NCBI GenBank assembly: GCA_036654375.1
Contig: JAVVSD010000006.1
Span: 3,084 to 67,083 of the forward strand
DNA length: 64,000 bases
Direction: 5' to 3'
Source: Oscillospiraceae bacterium
GTDB taxonomy: Bacteria > Bacillota > Clostridia > Oscillospirales > Acutalibacteraceae
This document shows positions 10,946-22,364 of this stretch, in pieces. The translations under genes were made by a program, and so were the position numbers. Below the pieces are notes generated by a model. The model did no database searches. It had not been told where the DNA came from and worked only from the letters and a program-made list of their open reading frames with translations. Within the stretch, counting starts at the first letter, position 1. Every line of letters begins with the position of its first letter.

Positions 10946-11217
10946 GCGTGCTTTGAAAAAGGGCACAGATATGCGTTGATGCAGGAGGTGGCCGTCCTTG
11001 AGGCGGGAAATTTCTGCGGAGTATGTCCGATTTATAAACCGGGCGAAATTATACTGGTACAAGCTTTTCTCAGGGTTTCGGGAGAACTTTACCGTAGCTT
11101 TAATGCCAACCCCGGACTAAATATATGTTTAGCCGGATTTTTAAATGCACTGGGTTGAAACACCCGGGTGAGTGTTGGAATTTTAGCAGGGCCCGCCATT
11201 ATCAAGGAGGCTTTAAC
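10946..11217 (+). promoter_or_regulatory. Long GC-rich structured 5' leader upstream of rpsJ, with a terminator-like hairpin and an alternative pairing
   Basis: About 270 nt between the promoter and the rpsJ ATG, clearly more GC-rich than the flanking AT-rich spacer. Hairpin ccggactaaa/tttagccgg plus attttt at 11112-11142. CCAACCCCGG (11106-11115) can alternatively pair with CCCGGGTGAGTGTTGG (11163-11178). Confidence 0.5.
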
Positions 11218-11529
11218 ATGGCAGTAAAGGAAAAAATCAGAATCAGACTCAAGGGTTACGACCACAACCTTGTTGACAAAGCAGCAGAAAAGATTATTGA
11301 AACAGCCAAGCGCACAGGCGCAAAAGTTTCAGGACCGGTTCCGCTTCCAACAGAAAAGGAAATCGTAACAGTACTTCGTGCAGTCCACAAATACAAGGAC
11401 TCTCGTGAGCAGTTTGAGCAGAGAACACACAAAAGGCTTATAGACATCCTCAGACCATCAAACAAAACTGTTGAGGCTCTGACAGGTCTTGAGCTTCCCG
11501 CCGGTGTTGAGATTGAGATTAAGCTTTAA
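11218..11529 (+). CDS. rpsJ: 30S ribosomal protein S10
   Basis: [20 protein letters not shown]..., with RBS aaggagg. First gene of the S10 operon. Confidence 0.97.
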   Translation: MAVKEKIRIRLKGYDHNLVDKAAEKIIETAKRTGAKVSGPVPLPTEKEIVTVLRAVHKYKDSREQFEQRTHKRLIDILRPSNKTVEALTGLELPAGVEIEIKL

Positions 11530-11598
11530 TCATAACTCTTAGCATCGAAAGGTCAAGTTGGCACAGGCCAACCAATAACCGAAGGAGGAAAGGTAATT

Positions 11599-12234
11599 AT
11601 GGAAAAAGGTCTTATCGGAAAGAAAATCGGTATGACACAGCTCTTTGACGAAAAAGGAAATGTTATTCCTGTAACAGTCATCGAGGCAGGTCCTTGTGCA
11701 GTTACACAAAAGAAAACAGTAGACAATGACGGATATTCCGCTGTTCAAATTGGTTTCGGCGATGTAAAAGCACAAAGAGTAAACAAGCCCCAGAAGGGCC
11801 ATTTCGCAAAGTCTGATGTTGCTCCAAAAAAGGTTCTCAAGGAGTTCAGACTCAAGGATTGTGACGGCATTAATGTCGGTGACATCCTTAAGGCGGACAC
11901 ATTTGCAGTTGGTGACAAGATAGATGTTGCTGGCACAAGCAAAGGTAAGGGAACCGCAGGTGCAATTAAGAGATGGAATTTCTCAAGACTTAAGGAGTCA
12001 CACGGTACCGGCCCATGTGCAAGACACGCTGGTTCACTTGGTGCTTGCTCTGATCCGTCAAGAGTATTCAAAGGCAAAAAGCTTGCCGGACATCTCGGTG
12101 CAGAGAGAGTAACTATCCAGAATTTAGATGTTGTCAAGGTTGATGCAGAAAACAATCTTATCGCAGTTAAGGGTGCTATCCCAGGCCCTAAAGGCGGAAT
12201 CGTTATTCTCGTTGACAGCGTCAAGAAAGCGTAA
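11599..12234 (+). CDS. rplC: 50S ribosomal protein L3
   Basis: [33 protein letters not shown]...; conserved operon position. Confidence 0.97.
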   Translation: MEKGLIGKKIGMTQLFDEKGNVIPVTVIEAGPCAVTQKKTVDNDGYSAVQIGFGDVKAQRVNKPQKGHFAKSDVAPKKVLKEFRLKDCDGINVGDILKADTFAVGDKIDVAGTSKGKGTAGAIKRWNFSRLKESHGTGPCARHAGSLGACSDPSRVFKGKKLAGHLGAERVTIQNLDVVKVDAENNLIAVKGAIPGPKGGIVILVDSVKKA

Positions 12235-12251
12235 GGGGAGGAGAGTAAGTT

Positions 12252-12875
12252 ATGCCTAACGTAGCAGTTTATGATGTAGCTGGCAAGAAGACTTCGACAA
12301 TTATGCTCAGCGATGAGATTTTTGGAATCGAGCCTAACGCAGCAGCCATGCATCTTGTAGTAGTTAATTATTTGGCAAATCAGCGTCAGGGCACTCAATC
12401 GACCCTTACACGCGCTGAGGTCAGAGGAGGCGGAAGAAAGCCTTGGAGACAGAAGGGAACAGGCCGCGCAAGACAGGGCTCAACCCGTTCACCACAGTGG
12501 ACACATGGTGGTATCTCTCACGGCCCAAAGCCTCGCGAATATGGTTTTTCAATTAATAAAAAAGTAAGAAAGCTTGCAATGAAGTCAGCTCTTTCTGACA
12601 AAGTAGCAGAGGAAAAGCTTCTTGTTCTTGACAAGTTCTCAATGGACGCAATCAAAACAAAGGAAGTTGTAAATCTTCTTTCAGCTATCAATGTTGGTAA
12701 AAAGACACTCATCGTTCTTCCTGAAAAGAACGACCTCATTTATAAGAGTGCAAGAAACATTGCAGGAGTTAAGACAACATTAGTCAATACACTTAATGTA
12801 TATGACATTGTTAACTGCGACACACTTATAGTTCTCAAGGATTCCGTCGCAAAGATCGAGGAGGTATATGCATGA
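12252..12875 (+). CDS. rplD: 50S ribosomal protein L4
   Basis: [20 protein letters not shown] motif; conserved operon position. Confidence 0.97.
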   Translation: MPNVAVYDVAGKKTSTIMLSDEIFGIEPNAAAMHLVVVNYLANQRQGTQSTLTRAEVRGGGRKPWRQKGTGRARQGSTRSPQWTHGGISHGPKPREYGFSINKKVRKLAMKSALSDKVAEEKLLVLDKFSMDAIKTKEVVNLLSAINVGKKTLIVLPEKNDLIYKSARNIAGVKTTLVNTLNVYDIVNCDTLIVLKDSVAKIEEVYA

Positions 12876-13168
12876 GTAAGTTAGCACAGGATATTATCCT
12901 CCGTCCGATTATCACTGAGGAAAGCATGATTAACACAGCTATGAGAAAGTTTACTTTCAAAGTAGCTAAGGATGCGAATAAAATAGAGATTGCAAAGGCA
13001 GTAGAAGAACTCTTTGGCGTTAATGTTGAGAAGGTTAATACCCTCAATGTCAGAGGAAAGCTTCGTCGCCAGGGTCGCTTTCAGGGATACACAGCATCTT
13101 GGAAAAAAGCTGTTGTAACTCTTACAGAGGACTCGAAGTCCATCGATTTCTTCGATGGCATGATGTAA
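12872..13168 (+). CDS. rplW: 50S ribosomal protein L23
   Basis: ATGA overlap with rpl[11 protein letters not shown]... typical L23. Confidence 0.95.
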   Translation: MSKLAQDIILRPIITEESMINTAMRKFTFKVAKDANKIEIAKAVEELFGVNVEKVNTLNVRGKLRRQGRFQGYTASWKKAVVTLTEDSKSIDFFDGMM

Positions 13169-13249
13169 TCAATAAATAATCAACAAAACCCGGTGATGAG
13201 GTATGGAGAACGACATCTCCGCAAAGTCACTTAGAGGAGTGTGAACAAA

Positions 13250-14083
13250 ATGTCGATAAAAGTATATAAACCGACCACAAACGCAAGAAGAAATATGTCG
13301 GTTACTGATTATTCCGAACTGTCCAAAACTTCACCTGAGAGAAGCTTGCTTGCTCCCCTCAACAAAAATGCAGGACGCAACAGCTACGGAAGAATTACCG
13401 TTCGCCATCGTGGCGGCGGAAACCGCAGAAAGTATCGTCTTATCGACTTTAAACGCGATAAGGTAGATATGCCTGCAACAGTACTCACCCTTGAGTACGA
13501 TCCAAATCGTTCAGCACACATCGCTCTTATTCAGTACACAGATGGCGAGAAGAGATATATTCTTGCTCCTGTTGGACTAAAAGTAGGCGATACAATAGAA
13601 GCCGGCGTAAATGCAGATATCAAGCCAGGCAATGCTTTGCCACTTGTAAACATCCCAACCGGTACTTTTGTACACAATGTAGAACTTTATCCGGGCAGAG
13701 GCGGTCAGCTCGCCCGTGCAGCAGGAAATGCAGCACAGCTTATGGCTAAGGAAGGTGCTTATGCACTTCTTCGTTTACCATCAGGTGAGCTCAGAAATGT
13801 TCCTGTCGGATGCATAGCAACAGTCGGGCAGGTAGGCAATGTTGACCATGAAAATGTTAAAATCGGTAAAGCCGGTCGTACACGCCATCTTGGTTTCAGA
13901 CCTACAGTTCGTGGTTCAGTTATGAACCCATGTGACCATCCACACGGTGGTGGTGAGGGTAAATCACCAGTCGGTCGTCCAGGCCCAGTAACACCGTGGG
14001 GCAAGCCAGCACTCGGCTACAAGACTCGTACTAAGAAAAACCGTTCCGAAAAGATGATCGTAAGACATCGTAACGGTAAGTAG
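13250..14083 (+). CDS. rplB: 50S ribosomal protein L2
   Basis: [16 protein letters not shown]... and the GGGEGKSP motif. ATG 13250 is preferred over GTG 13241. Confidence 0.97.
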   Translation: MSIKVYKPTTNARRNMSVTDYSELSKTSPERSLLAPLNKNAGRNSYGRITVRHRGGGNRRKYRLIDFKRDKVDMPATVLTLEYDPNRSAHIALIQYTDGEKRYILAPVGLKVGDTIEAGVNADIKPGNALPLVNIPTGTFVHNVELYPGRGGQLARAAGNAAQLMAKEGAYALLRLPSGELRNVPVGCIATVGQVGNVDHENVKIGKAGRTRHLGFRPTVRGSVMNPCDHPHGGGEGKSPVGRPGPVTPWGKPALGYKTRTKKNRSEKMIVRHRNGK

Positions 14084-14107
14084 TCGTGGAAAGGAGCTAT
14101 GAATTAA

Positions 14108-14389
14108 ATGGGAAGAAGCATTAAAAAGGGACCTTTCGTGCAACCTAAATTGCTCGCAAAAGTCCAAGAAATGAATAAAAAGGGCGAGAAAGTCGTTCTT
14201 AAAACATGGAGCCGTAGTTCAACCATATTTCCCGATTTTGTCGGTCATACATTCGCAGTTCACGACGGACGCAAGCATGTTCCGGTATATGTAACAGAGG
14301 ATATGGTCGGACATAAACTCGGTGAGTTTGCACCTACAAGGACCTACAGAGGTCATGCAGGCTCCAAAACTTCAAATGCAAGTAGATAA
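14108..14389 (+). CDS. rpsS: 30S ribosomal protein S19
   Basis: [11 protein letters not shown]...[23 protein letters not shown]. Confidence 0.97.
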   Translation: MGRSIKKGPFVQPKLLAKVQEMNKKGEKVVLKTWSRSSTIFPDFVGHTFAVHDGRKHVPVYVTEDMVGHKLGEFAPTRTYRGHAGSKTSNASR

Positions 14390-14412
14390 TCGGTCGAAAG
14401 GAGTGTGTACTC

Positions 14413-14745
14413 ATGGAATCTACAGCTAAGGTAACATTTGTGCGAATAGCACCTCGTAAGGTACAGATAGTTCTTGATCTTATTAGAAATCAACCGGCTG
14501 ACAAGGCCATGGCAATACTCAAGCACACGCCCAAGGCCGCGTGTGAAGTGCTTGAGAAATTATTAAAATCAGCTATAGCAAACGCAGAGGTTAAGGATAT
14601 GGATGTCTCCAAGCTTTATGTAGCTCAATGCTATGTTTGCCAGGGACCTACCCTCAAGCGTATCAGACCAAGAGCTCAGGGCCGTGCCTTCAGAATCAAC
14701 AAGAAGACATCGCACATTACCCTGGTGCTTAAGGAAGCGGAATAA
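14413..14745 (+). CDS. rplV: 50S ribosomal protein L22
   Basis: [15 protein letters not shown] N-terminus and [21 protein letters not shown]. Confidence 0.96.
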   Translation: MESTAKVTFVRIAPRKVQIVLDLIRNQPADKAMAILKHTPKAACEVLEKLLKSAIANAEVKDMDVSKLYVAQCYVCQGPTLKRIRPRAQGRAFRINKKTSHITLVLKEAE

Positions 14746-14764
14746 GTGAGGAGGAGGTTATAAA

Positions 14765-15430
14765 ATGGGACAGAAAATTAATCCCACCGGACTTAGAATC
14801 GGTGTCATCAAAGACTGGGAATCTCGTTGGTATGCGAAAGCAAACGATTTCGGCTCAACACTTGTTGAGGATCACGAAATAAGAGAGTACCTCTTGAAGT
14901 CACTTGCTCCTGCCGGTGTGCCTAAGATTGAGATTGAGCGTGACGCTAAGCGCGTACGCATCAACATTCACTGTGCAAAGCCAGGCATGGTTATCGGACG
15001 CGGCGGCTCTGAGATAGATAAGCTCAAAGCTGTTTGTGAGAAGAAGCTTGGTAAAGAGGTAGCTCTTAATATCATCGAAATTAAGCAGCCTGACCTCAAC
15101 GCACAGTTAGTAGCAGAAAACATTGCAGCACAGCTTGAAAAGCGTGTTTCCTTTCGTCGTGCTCTTAAACAAGCAATCGGCAGAACAATGAAGCTTGGTG
15201 CCAGAGGTATCAAGACTCAGGTTTCAGGCCGTTTGGGCGGAGCAGAAATTGCTCGTTCAGAGAGCTATCACGAAGGAACCATCCCGCTGCAGACAATTAG
15301 AGCAGATATCGATTATGGATTTGCAGAAGCAAAGACAACTTATGGTCGTATCGGCGTAAAAGTATGGATTTATAAAGGCGAAGTTCTTCATGACAATCGC
15401 AAACCTAAAAAGGAAGGGGGAGCCAAGTAA
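14765..15430 (+). CDS. rpsC: 30S ribosomal protein S3
   Basis: [24 protein letters not shown]... (KH domain). Confidence 0.97.
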   Translation: MGQKINPTGLRIGVIKDWESRWYAKANDFGSTLVEDHEIREYLLKSLAPAGVPKIEIERDAKRVRINIHCAKPGMVIGRGGSEIDKLKAVCEKKLGKEVALNIIEIKQPDLNAQLVAENIAAQLEKRVSFRRALKQAIGRTMKLGARGIKTQVSGRLGGAEIARSESYHEGTIPLQTIRADIDYGFAEAKTTYGRIGVKVWIYKGEVLHDNRKPKKEGGAK

Positions 15431-15855
15431 TGTTATTACCAAAGAGAGTTAAGCATCGTAAAGTCCAAAAAGGACGCATGAGAGGCGTAGCAACTCGTGG
15501 AAACAAAGTAACTTACGGTGATTATGGCCTTGTTGCACTTGAGCCGACTTGGATTACTTCAAATCAGATCGAGGCAGCTCGTATCGCAATGACTCGTTAC
15601 ATTAAGCGTGGCGGTCAGGTTTGGATTAAGATTTTCCCCGACAAGCCAATCACAGAAAAACCAGCTGAAACTCGAATGGGTTCAGGTAAAGGTTCTCCAG
15701 AGTATTGGGTTGCGGTTGTTAAGCCAGGCAGAGTAATGTTTGAAATTGCCGGTGTTGAAGAGGATCTTGCTCGTGAGGCTATGCGTCTTGCAGCAAACAA
15801 ACTTCCGGTAAAATGTAAATTTGTAAGTAAGGCAGAACAGGACGGTGAACAGTAA
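15430..15855 (+). CDS. rplP: 50S ribosomal protein L16
   Basis: [19 protein letters not shown]...; 1-nt overlap with rpsC. Confidence 0.97.
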   Translation: MLLPKRVKHRKVQKGRMRGVATRGNKVTYGDYGLVALEPTWITSNQIEAARIAMTRYIKRGGQVWIKIFPDKPITEKPAETRMGSGKGSPEYWVAVVKPGRVMFEIAGVEEDLAREAMRLAANKLPVKCKFVSKAEQDGEQ

Positions 15856-16058
15856 TGAAAGCAAATGATATCAGAAAACTGTCCGCCAATGAGCTTGAGA
15901 CAAAGCTTCTTGAACTCAAGGATGAGCTTTTTAAACTGCGCTTTCAGCAGACCATTAACCAGCTCGACAACCCGATGCGTATTAGTGCCGTTAAGAAGGA
16001 TATTGCAAGAATTAAGACAATTCAGCGTGATATTGAACTTCACGGTACAGAAGCGTGA
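15855..16058 (+). CDS. rpmC: 50S ribosomal protein L29
   Basis: 67 aa, ELKDELFKLRFQ motif; 1-nt overlap with rplP. Confidence 0.95.
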   Translation: MKANDIRKLSANELETKLLELKDELFKLRFQQTINQLDNPMRISAVKKDIARIKTIQRDIELHGTEA

Positions 16059-16077
16059 GAAAGGGAGGTAAACGACT

Positions 16078-16335
16078 ATGAGCGAAAGAAACCTAAGAAA
16101 AACTCAAATAGGAATCGTTACAAGCGATAAAATGGATAAAACCGTTGTCGTTTCCGTTAAGGACAGAGTAAAGCATCCACTTTATAAAAAAATAGTTAAC
16201 CGTACGGTTAAAATCAAGGCACATGACGAAAAAAACGATTGTGCAATTGGTGACCGCGTACTATTGATGGAAACACGCCCAATATCTAAAGATAAAAGAT
16301 GGCGTGTAGTCGAAATAATCGAAAAGGCCAAGTAA
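16078..16335 (+). CDS. rpsQ: 30S ribosomal protein S17
   Basis: 85 aa, [14 protein letters not shown]...[15 protein letters not shown]. Confidence 0.96.
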   Translation: MSERNLRKTQIGIVTSDKMDKTVVVSVKDRVKHPLYKKIVNRTVKIKAHDEKNDCAIGDRVLLMETRPISKDKRWRVVEIIEKAK

Positions 16336-16362
16336 ATTGGCATAGCAAAGGAGGAAACCACT

Positions 16363-16731
16363 GTGATACAGCAACAGAGTTACCTCAAGGTTGCCGACAA
16401 TTCCGGTGCGAAGGAGATCATGTGTATCCGTGTACTTGGAGGTTCCGGCAGGAGGTATGCCAATATCGGCGATGTCATAGTTGCTTCTGTTAAGAAAGCA
16501 ACACCCGGCGGCGCTGTTAAAAAAGGCGAGGTTATAAAAGCGGTTGTTGTTAGAACCGCAAGCGGTGTACGCCGCGATGATGGCACATATATTCGTTTTG
16601 ACGAAAATGCAGCTGTCATAATAAAAGATGATAAGAATCCCAAAGGTACAAGAATTTTCGGACCCGTTGCAAGAGAACTTAGAGATAAAGATTATCTCAA
16701 GATCTTAAGCCTCGCTCCGGAAGTGCTTTAA
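16363..16731 (+). CDS. rplN: 50S ribosomal protein L14
   Basis: GTG start after ggagga; [27 protein letters not shown]. Confidence 0.97.
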   Translation: MIQQQSYLKVADNSGAKEIMCIRVLGGSGRRYANIGDVIVASVKKATPGGAVKKGEVIKAVVVRTASGVRRDDGTYIRFDENAAVIIKDDKNPKGTRIFGPVARELRDKDYLKILSLAPEVL

Positions 16732-16749
16732 TCGGGAGGTGCAAAGAGA

Positions 16750-17076
16750 ATGAATAGTGTTCATGTAAAGAAAGGCGACGAAGTTATCGTTATTAACGGT
16801 AAATATCGTGGCAAAAAAGGCAAAGTACTTGAAGTTAGCCCAGCAGAAGGCAAGATAATCGTTGAGGGTATCAACATTATCACAAAGCATGTTAAACCTC
16901 GTAAAATGGGTGAAGCAGGCGGACTTATTAAAGCTGAAAGTGCTCTTTATGCCGATAAGGTTCAGTTGATTTGCCCCAAGTGCGGTAAAGCCACAAGAGT
17001 TGGCCACACACTTGATAAAAACGGCAAAAAAATGCGTACCTGCAAGAAGAGCGATTGCCTCGCTCAGTTTGAATAA
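16750..17076 (+). CDS. rplX: 50S ribosomal protein L24
   Basis: KOW motif VKKGDEVIVINGKYRGKKGKVLEV. Confidence 0.95.
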   Translation: MNSVHVKKGDEVIVINGKYRGKKGKVLEVSPAEGKIIVEGINIITKHVKPRKMGEAGGLIKAESALYADKVQLICPKCGKATRVGHTLDKNGKKMRTCKKSDCLAQFE

Positions 17077-17091
17077 GGGAGGGACATTACA

Positions 17092-17631
17092 ATGTCAAGG
17101 TTAAAAGAAGCCTATGCCAAAGAGGTTGCTCCCGCACTTATGAAGAAGTTCGACTATAAGAGCGTAATGCAAATCCCGAAGCTTGAGAAGATAGTCATTA
17201 ATGTTGGTTGCGGTGACGCAAAGGACAATTCAAAGGCTGTTGATGCAATAGTTCGCGATATGGCACAAATCACAGGTCAAAAACCTGTACTTTGTAAGGC
17301 TAAAAAATCAGTCGCAAACTTTAAGCTTCGTGAGGGCATGGTAATTGGCGTTAAGGTTACACTTCGTGGCGAGAGAATGTATGAGTTTCTTGACAGATTC
17401 TTTAATCTCGCACTGCCACGCGTAAGAGATTTCAGAGGAATCAACGCAAACTCTTTCGATGGTAGAGGAAACTACTCTATGGGCGTTAAAGAGCAGCTTA
17501 TATTCCCAGAAATCGAATATGACAAAATAGACCAAGTTCGCGGTATGGACATTTGCTTTGTCACAACCGCAAACACAGACGAAGAAGCACGCGAGTTACT
17601 CACACTTATGGGTGCTCCGTTTGCAAGATAA
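17092..17631 (+). CDS. rplE: 50S ribosomal protein L5
   Basis: [37 protein letters not shown]... Confidence 0.97.
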   Translation: MSRLKEAYAKEVAPALMKKFDYKSVMQIPKLEKIVINVGCGDAKDNSKAVDAIVRDMAQITGQKPVLCKAKKSVANFKLREGMVIGVKVTLRGERMYEFLDRFFNLALPRVRDFRGINANSFDGRGNYSMGVKEQLIFPEIEYDKIDQVRGMDICFVTTANTDEEARELLTLMGAPFAR

Positions 17632-17643
17632 GGAGGTAATATT

Positions 17644-17829
17644 GTGGCCAAAACATCTATGAAGGTTAAGCAGGCACAACCTGCAAAATACTCAACAAGG
17701 CAGTATAACAGATGCAAAATCTGTGGCAGGCCGCACGCCTATCTTCGCAAGTACGGAGTTTGTCGTATCTGTTTTAGAGAACTTGCACATAAGGGACAAA
17801 TTCCCGGCGTGAAGAAAGCAAGCTGGTAA
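17644..17829 (+). CDS. rpsN: 30S ribosomal protein S14, short zinc-binding type Z
   Basis: 61 aa with a CKICGRP...CRIC zinc ribbon; GTG start after ggagg. Confidence 0.95.
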   Translation: MAKTSMKVKQAQPAKYSTRQYNRCKICGRPHAYLRKYGVCRICFRELAHKGQIPGVKKASW

Positions 17830-17860
17830 AAGAGCAATTGCAACAAAGGAGGTTGACGGC

Positions 17861-18259
17861 ATGCAAATCACCGATTCAGTAGCCGATATGCTTACAAGAA
17901 TACGCAACGCTAATGCGGCGAAGCATGACACGGTTAAGATTCCCGCATCCAACATGAAGAAAGCGATTGCTCAGATTCTTGTTGATGAGGGTTATGTTAA
18001 GAGCTTTTCTGTTGAAGATGACGGAAAGCAGGGCGTAATTGAGGTTGCACTCAAGTATGGCCCAAATAAATCACAGGTAATAACAGGATTACGCAGAGTA
18101 TCAAAGCCTGGTTTGCGTATGTATACCGATTGTGAGAATATGCCTAAGGTTATGAAAGGCCTTGGAATTGCTATTCTCTCAACATCAAAAGGTATCATGA
18201 CTGACAAGGAAGCTCGCAAGGCTAATGTTGGCGGCGAAATCCTTGCATTTATCTGGTAA
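17861..18259 (+). CDS. rpsH: 30S ribosomal protein S8
   Basis: [18 protein letters not shown]... typical S8. Confidence 0.97.
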   Translation: MQITDSVADMLTRIRNANAAKHDTVKIPASNMKKAIAQILVDEGYVKSFSVEDDGKQGVIEVALKYGPNKSQVITGLRRVSKPGLRMYTDCENMPKVMKGLGIAILSTSKGIMTDKEARKANVGGEILAFIW

Positions 18260-18273
18260 GGAGGTACAGTGAT

Positions 18274-18819
18274 ATGTCACGAATAGGCAAAATGCCAATC
18301 GAAGTACCCGCAGCTTGCGAGGTAAAAATCGATGGTAGCACTGTTACCGTAAAGGGACCTATTGGAACTCTTATCAGAACAGTGCCAAAAAATATTAGTG
18401 TTGCAATGGAAGGCAATGTAATAACAGTTACACGCCCAAATGACAACAAAGAGAACAGAGCGCTCCACGGTCTTACTCGCACACTTATCGCCAATATGGT
18501 TGAGGGTGTTGAAAAGGGTTTCAAGAAGGAACTTGAGGTTAACGGTGTTGGTTATCGTGTAGCAAAGCAAGGCAAAGACCTTGTAATGAACATCGGCTTC
18601 TCGCATCAGGTTATCATACCCGAGGAAGACGGAATAACAATCGATGTTCCTGCACCAAACAGAATCATTATTTCTGGCCCTGACAAGCAAAAGGTAGGAC
18701 AGTTCGCGGCAGAAGTACGCGAAAAGCGTCCACCAGAGCCTTACAAGGGTAAGGGCATCAAGTATATTGATGAACACATTCGCCGCAAGGAAGGCAAGGC
18801 CGGAAAGGGCGGCAAATAA
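18274..18819 (+). CDS. rplF: 50S ribosomal protein L6
   Basis: MSRIGKMPIEVPAACEVKIDGSTVTVKGP... Confidence 0.97.
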   Translation: MSRIGKMPIEVPAACEVKIDGSTVTVKGPIGTLIRTVPKNISVAMEGNVITVTRPNDNKENRALHGLTRTLIANMVEGVEKGFKKELEVNGVGYRVAKQGKDLVMNIGFSHQVIIPEEDGITIDVPAPNRIIISGPDKQKVGQFAAEVREKRPPEPYKGKGIKYIDEHIRRKEGKAGKGGK

Positions 18820-18834
18820 AAGGAGTGAAATTAG

Positions 18835-19194
18835 ATGGTTAATAAACCAGACAGCAATAAGGCTCGCCAAAAGCGTCACACAAGAGTGCGTAGCAAAATT
18901 TCAGGCACAGCCGAGTGTCCGCGCCTTAATGTTTTCCGCTCCCTGAACCATATTTACGCTCAGTTGATTGATGATGTATCAGGCAAGACCTTGGTTTCAG
19001 CATCATCTGTTGAGAAGGATTTCAAGGATTACGGCGGAAATAAAGCTGCAGCTCGCGAAGTTGGCAAGCTGCTTGCAAAGAGAGCCGCAAAGAATAAGAT
19101 TACAGAAGTTGTGTTTGACCGTGGCGGTTATGTATATCATGGTCGTGTACAGGAACTTGCAGAAGGTGCTCGTGAGGGCGGACTCAAGTTCTAA
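18835..19194 (+). CDS. rplR: 50S ribosomal protein L18
   Basis: [31 protein letters not shown]... Confidence 0.96.
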   Translation: MVNKPDSNKARQKRHTRVRSKISGTAECPRLNVFRSLNHIYAQLIDDVSGKTLVSASSVEKDFKDYGGNKAAAREVGKLLAKRAAKNKITEVVFDRGGYVYHGRVQELAEGAREGGLKF

Positions 19195-19214
19195 AACAGT
19201 AAGGAGGAATACTT

Positions 19215-19715
19215 TTGGCTAAGATTGACGCATCTACAATGGATTTACAAGAGCGCGTTGTTACCATTAATCGTGTATCAAAGACAGTCAAGGGCGGTCG
19301 TATTTTTAAATTTTCCGCACTTGTAGTCGTTGGAGACGGTCATGGAACAGTTGGATTTGGTCTTGGAAAATCAGGAGAAGTCCCGGATGCTATCCGTAAG
19401 GGTATAGAGGATGCCAAAAAGAACTTGATTAAGGTTTCTCTCAAGGGAACAACAATCCCACACGAGGTAACTGGCAAGTTCGGAGCAGGAGTAGTTTTGC
19501 TCAAGCCAGCAGCTCCAGGTACTGGAGTTATCGCAGGCGGTCCAGTCCGTGCTGTTGTTGAAACAGTAGGAATACAGGACATCCGCTCTAAGGCACTCCG
19601 TTCAAACAATCCGTGTAATGTTGTTAGAGCAACAATTAACGGTTTGTCGCAACTCCGCAATGCTGAAGAAGTTGCAGCAATTCGCGGAAAAACAGCTAAA
19701 GAAATTTTAGGTTAA
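19215..19715 (+). CDS. rpsE: 30S ribosomal protein S5
   Basis: TTG start after aaggagg; [27 protein letters not shown]. Confidence 0.96.
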   Translation: MAKIDASTMDLQERVVTINRVSKTVKGGRIFKFSALVVVGDGHGTVGFGLGKSGEVPDAIRKGIEDAKKNLIKVSLKGTTIPHEVTGKFGAGVVLLKPAAPGTGVIAGGPVRAVVETVGIQDIRSKALRSNNPCNVVRATINGLSQLRNAEEVAAIRGKTAKEILG

Positions 19716-19729
19716 GGAGGGTGGTAAAA

Positions 19730-19927
19730 ATGGCAAAAGCACAAAGCAAAGAGGCCGTTCAGGTTAAGCTCGTAAAAAGCCTTATCGGTAGCAAAAAAGA
19801 CCAGATTGCCACCGCCCATGCACTTGGTCTTCATAAAATCGGGGATGTTTCATCACAGCCAAACAATCCCCAGACTCAAGGCAAGGTTAGAAAAATAAGT
19901 CATCTTATCGAGGTAACCGAAGCGTAA
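19730..19927 (+). CDS. rpmD: 50S ribosomal protein L30
   Basis: VKLVKSLIGSKKDQIATAHALGL. ATG 19730, 8 nt after GGAGGG, is preferred over GTG 19721. Confidence 0.93.
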   Translation: MAKAQSKEAVQVKLVKSLIGSKKDQIATAHALGLHKIGDVSSQPNNPQTQGKVRKISHLIEVTEA

Positions 19928-19945
19928 GCAAGGAGGTGCGAATAT

Positions 19946-20389
19946 ATGAAATTGCACGAGCTTTCACCGGTAGCAGGTTCCAAAAAGGAAGTCAAGCGTA
20001 TCGGTAGAGGTGCAGGTTCTGGTCAGGGCAAAACAGCAGGCAAAGGCCATAAGGGTCAAAAAGCAAGAGCTGGTAGAGGTATGCGTCCAGGATTTGAAGG
20101 TGGACAGATGCCTTTGCAAAGAAGAGTTCCAAAGAGGGGCTTCAACAACATCTTTGCTAAAGAAATTGTGTCTGTAAATGTTTCTGCTCTTGAAAGAGTC
20201 TTCAATGACGGTGATGTTGTTGATGTAACTGCACTCAAGAATGCAGGTCTTATTAAAAAAGAACTTGACGGAGTTAAGATTCTCGGAAACGGAGATCTTT
20301 CAAAAAAACTCACAGTTAAGGTAAACGCCTATTCTGAATCAGCAAAGCAGAAAATAGAAACAGCTGGCGGAAAGGCTGAGGTGATCTGA
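19946..20389 (+). CDS. rplO: 50S ribosomal protein L15
   Basis: [38 protein letters not shown]. Confidence 0.97.
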   Translation: MKLHELSPVAGSKKEVKRIGRGAGSGQGKTAGKGHKGQKARAGRGMRPGFEGGQMPLQRRVPKRGFNNIFAKEIVSVNVSALERVFNDGDVVDVTALKNAGLIKKELDGVKILGNGDLSKKLTVKVNAYSESAKQKIETAGGKAEVI

Positions 20390-20390
20390 A

Positions 20391-21704
20391 ATGCTGCAAA
20401 CTATTGCAAATGCGTTTAAGGTCCCAGAACTTCGCAAAAAGATTCTTTATACAGCATTTATAATTCTCATATTCAGAATTGGTGCTGCAATTCCTGTTCC
20501 GTTTACAGATGCCTCAATGGGTATTGTTGATCAGGCGGCAGGAAACTTTATGAATTATCTTAGCATGATGACAGGAGACGCGTTCAATTATGGTACGATT
20601 TTCGCAATGTCAATCACACCGTACATCAATGCATCCATCATTATCCAACTTTTAACCGTTGCAATTCCAGCCCTTGAAAGACTTGCAAAAGAGGGCGAGG
20701 AAGGTCGCAAGAAGATAACGCGTATAACACGTTATACAGCAATTGTAATTGGCTTACTTCAAAGCACTGCATATTTCTTCTATCTGCGAAATGGCAACTA
20801 TCTCACAACCAATGCAAGCGGCGAAGCCTTTGTAGGAGTATCTTATTTTCTGCAGGCAGCAGCAGTAATTCTTACATTGACAGCTGGTTCAGCTCTTTTA
20901 ATATGGCTTGGCGAGCAAATCAATGTTAAGGGCATTGGCAACGGAATTTCAATGATACTTTTTGCGGGCATTGTTTCCCGCATTCCGGCAACAATGACAC
21001 AGTTGTACAGCTATTTCAGCAAAGGCGGATTGTTTTACGCTTTTGCGCCGATTGCACTCATAATAATGCTACTTATGGTAGTATTTATAGTATGGATGGA
21101 TAATTCGGAAAGAAGAATTCCTGTACAGTATGCAAAAAGAGTTGTCGGTCGTAAAATGTATGGTGGCCAAAGCACTCATATGCCGATAAAGGTTAATATG
21201 TCAGGTGTTATGCCAATTATTTTCGCCAGCTCAATACTTTCACTCCCACCAACCTTTGAGATGTTCTTTGACATCAAACAGGGTAGTGGTTGGGCAACAT
21301 TCTTCAATTTGTTTAATTCTAACAACGCTTTTTACGGATTTTTCTATTTCATCATGATTATATTCTTTGCATATTTCTATGCAACCATTCAGTATAATCC
21401 AATCGAAATGGCAAACAACCTTCGTAAAAACAGCGGAGCAATCCCGGGCATTCGTCCAGGAAAGCCAACATCTGATTATATATTCAAGATTTTGTCAAGA
21501 ATTACTTTATTAGGAGCATTGTTGCTTAGTGTTGTTGCATTGTCACCGATTCTGTTCTCACAGATTACATCGTTGACAGGAAGTGCAATGAACATTTCCT
21601 TGGGAGGTACTTCAGTAATTATTATGGTAGGTGTCGCACTGGAAACAGTTAGACAACTCGAATCACAAATGATGATGAGACACTATAAGGGATTTCTTGA
21701 CTGA
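20391..21704 (+). CDS. secY: Preprotein translocase subunit SecY
   Basis: 437 aa, 10-TM pattern, ELRKKILYTAFIILIFRIG and GISMILFAGIVSRIP; conserved position after rplO. Confidence 0.96.
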   Translation: MLQTIANAFKVPELRKKILYTAFIILIFRIGAAIPVPFTDASMGIVDQAAGNFMNYLSMMTGDAFNYGTIFAMSITPYINASIIIQLLTVAIPALERLAKEGEEGRKKITRITRYTAIVIGLLQSTAYFFYLRNGNYLTTNASGEAFVGVSYFLQAAAVILTLTAGSALLIWLGEQINVKGIGNGISMILFAGIVSRIPATMTQLYSYFSKGGLFYAFAPIALIIMLLMVVFIVWMDNSERRIPVQYAKRVVGRKMYGGQSTHMPIKVNMSGVMPIIFASSILSLPPTFEMFFDIKQGSGWATFFNLFNSNNAFYGFFYFIMIIFFAYFYATIQYNPIEMANNLRKNSGAIPGIRPGKPTSDYIFKILSRITLLGALLLSVVALSPILFSQITSLTGSAMNISLGGTSVIIMVGVALETVRQLESQMMMRHYKGFLD

Positions 21705-21729
21705 TTTATAAAAAGGAGAGAAAACAATT

Positions 21730-22362
21730 ATGAAGATAATTTTTCTTGGAGCACCGGGTGCTGGAAAAGGAACGCAAGCTGAAATAATTAGCCAGAAGTT
21801 TTCTATTCCAACAATATCAACGGGCAACATTATCCGTGAAGCTCTTTCAACAGGAACTGAAATGGGTAAGAAGGCAAAGGAATATATTGAGTCAGGCAAA
21901 CTTGTTCCGGACGATGTCGTTATTGGCATAATCAAGGAACGCTTAGTAAATGATGATTGTGCAAACGGATTTATCCTTGATGGATTTCCTCGCACAATTC
22001 CTCAGGCTGAGGCTCTTGACCAGATGGGCGTAGAAATCGACAAGGTTGTTGAAATCAATGTCCCTGATGAAAAGATTGCAGAGAGAATGTCAGGAAGAAG
22101 AGTGTGCCTTGCGTGCGGTTCCTCCTATCATTTAATTTACAAACAGCCAGAAGTTGAAGGCATTTGCGACAACTGCGGAAGTCAGCTTGTTCAACGCAAG
22201 GATGACCATGCAGACACAGTAAACAGCAGGCTTAAGGTCTACCATGAGCAGACTGAGCCACTTAAAGGATACTACGCTGATAAAAACAAGCTCAGCGTTG
22301 TAGAAGGTCAGGGTGATGTTACTGAGATAACGCAGCACATCCTGAACGCACTGGAGGATTAA
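21730..22362 (+). CDS. adk: Adenylate kinase (Zn-lid type)
   Basis: P-loop GAPGAGKGTQ; lid with CLACGSSY...CDNCG. Confidence 0.96.
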   Translation: MKIIFLGAPGAGKGTQAEIISQKFSIPTISTGNIIREALSTGTEMGKKAKEYIESGKLVPDDVVIGIIKERLVNDDCANGFILDGFPRTIPQAEALDQMGVEIDKVVEINVPDEKIAERMSGRRVCLACGSSYHLIYKQPEVEGICDNCGSQLVQRKDDHADTVNSRLKVYHEQTEPLKGYYADKNKLSVVEGQGDVTEITQHILNALED

Positions 22363-22364
22363 GC

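Noticed and set aside
10976..11217. A 60-aa ORF (10976-11158) and the N-terminal extension of the 134-aa ORF starting at 11125, both upstream of rpsJ.
   Set aside because: Neither has an RBS, and the composition looks like GC-rich structured RNA. The S10 homology begins exactly at ATG 11218, which has a GGAGG. The region is treated as a leader RNA instead.
11745..12398. A 217-aa minus-strand ORF across rplC/rplD. Similar long antisense ORFs occur at 18277-18879, 24473-25009, 15615-16043 and 22670-23161.
   Set aside because: All lie antisense to unmistakable ribosomal or housekeeping genes. Their composition is Ser/Pro/Cys-rich and shadow-like, with no start context.
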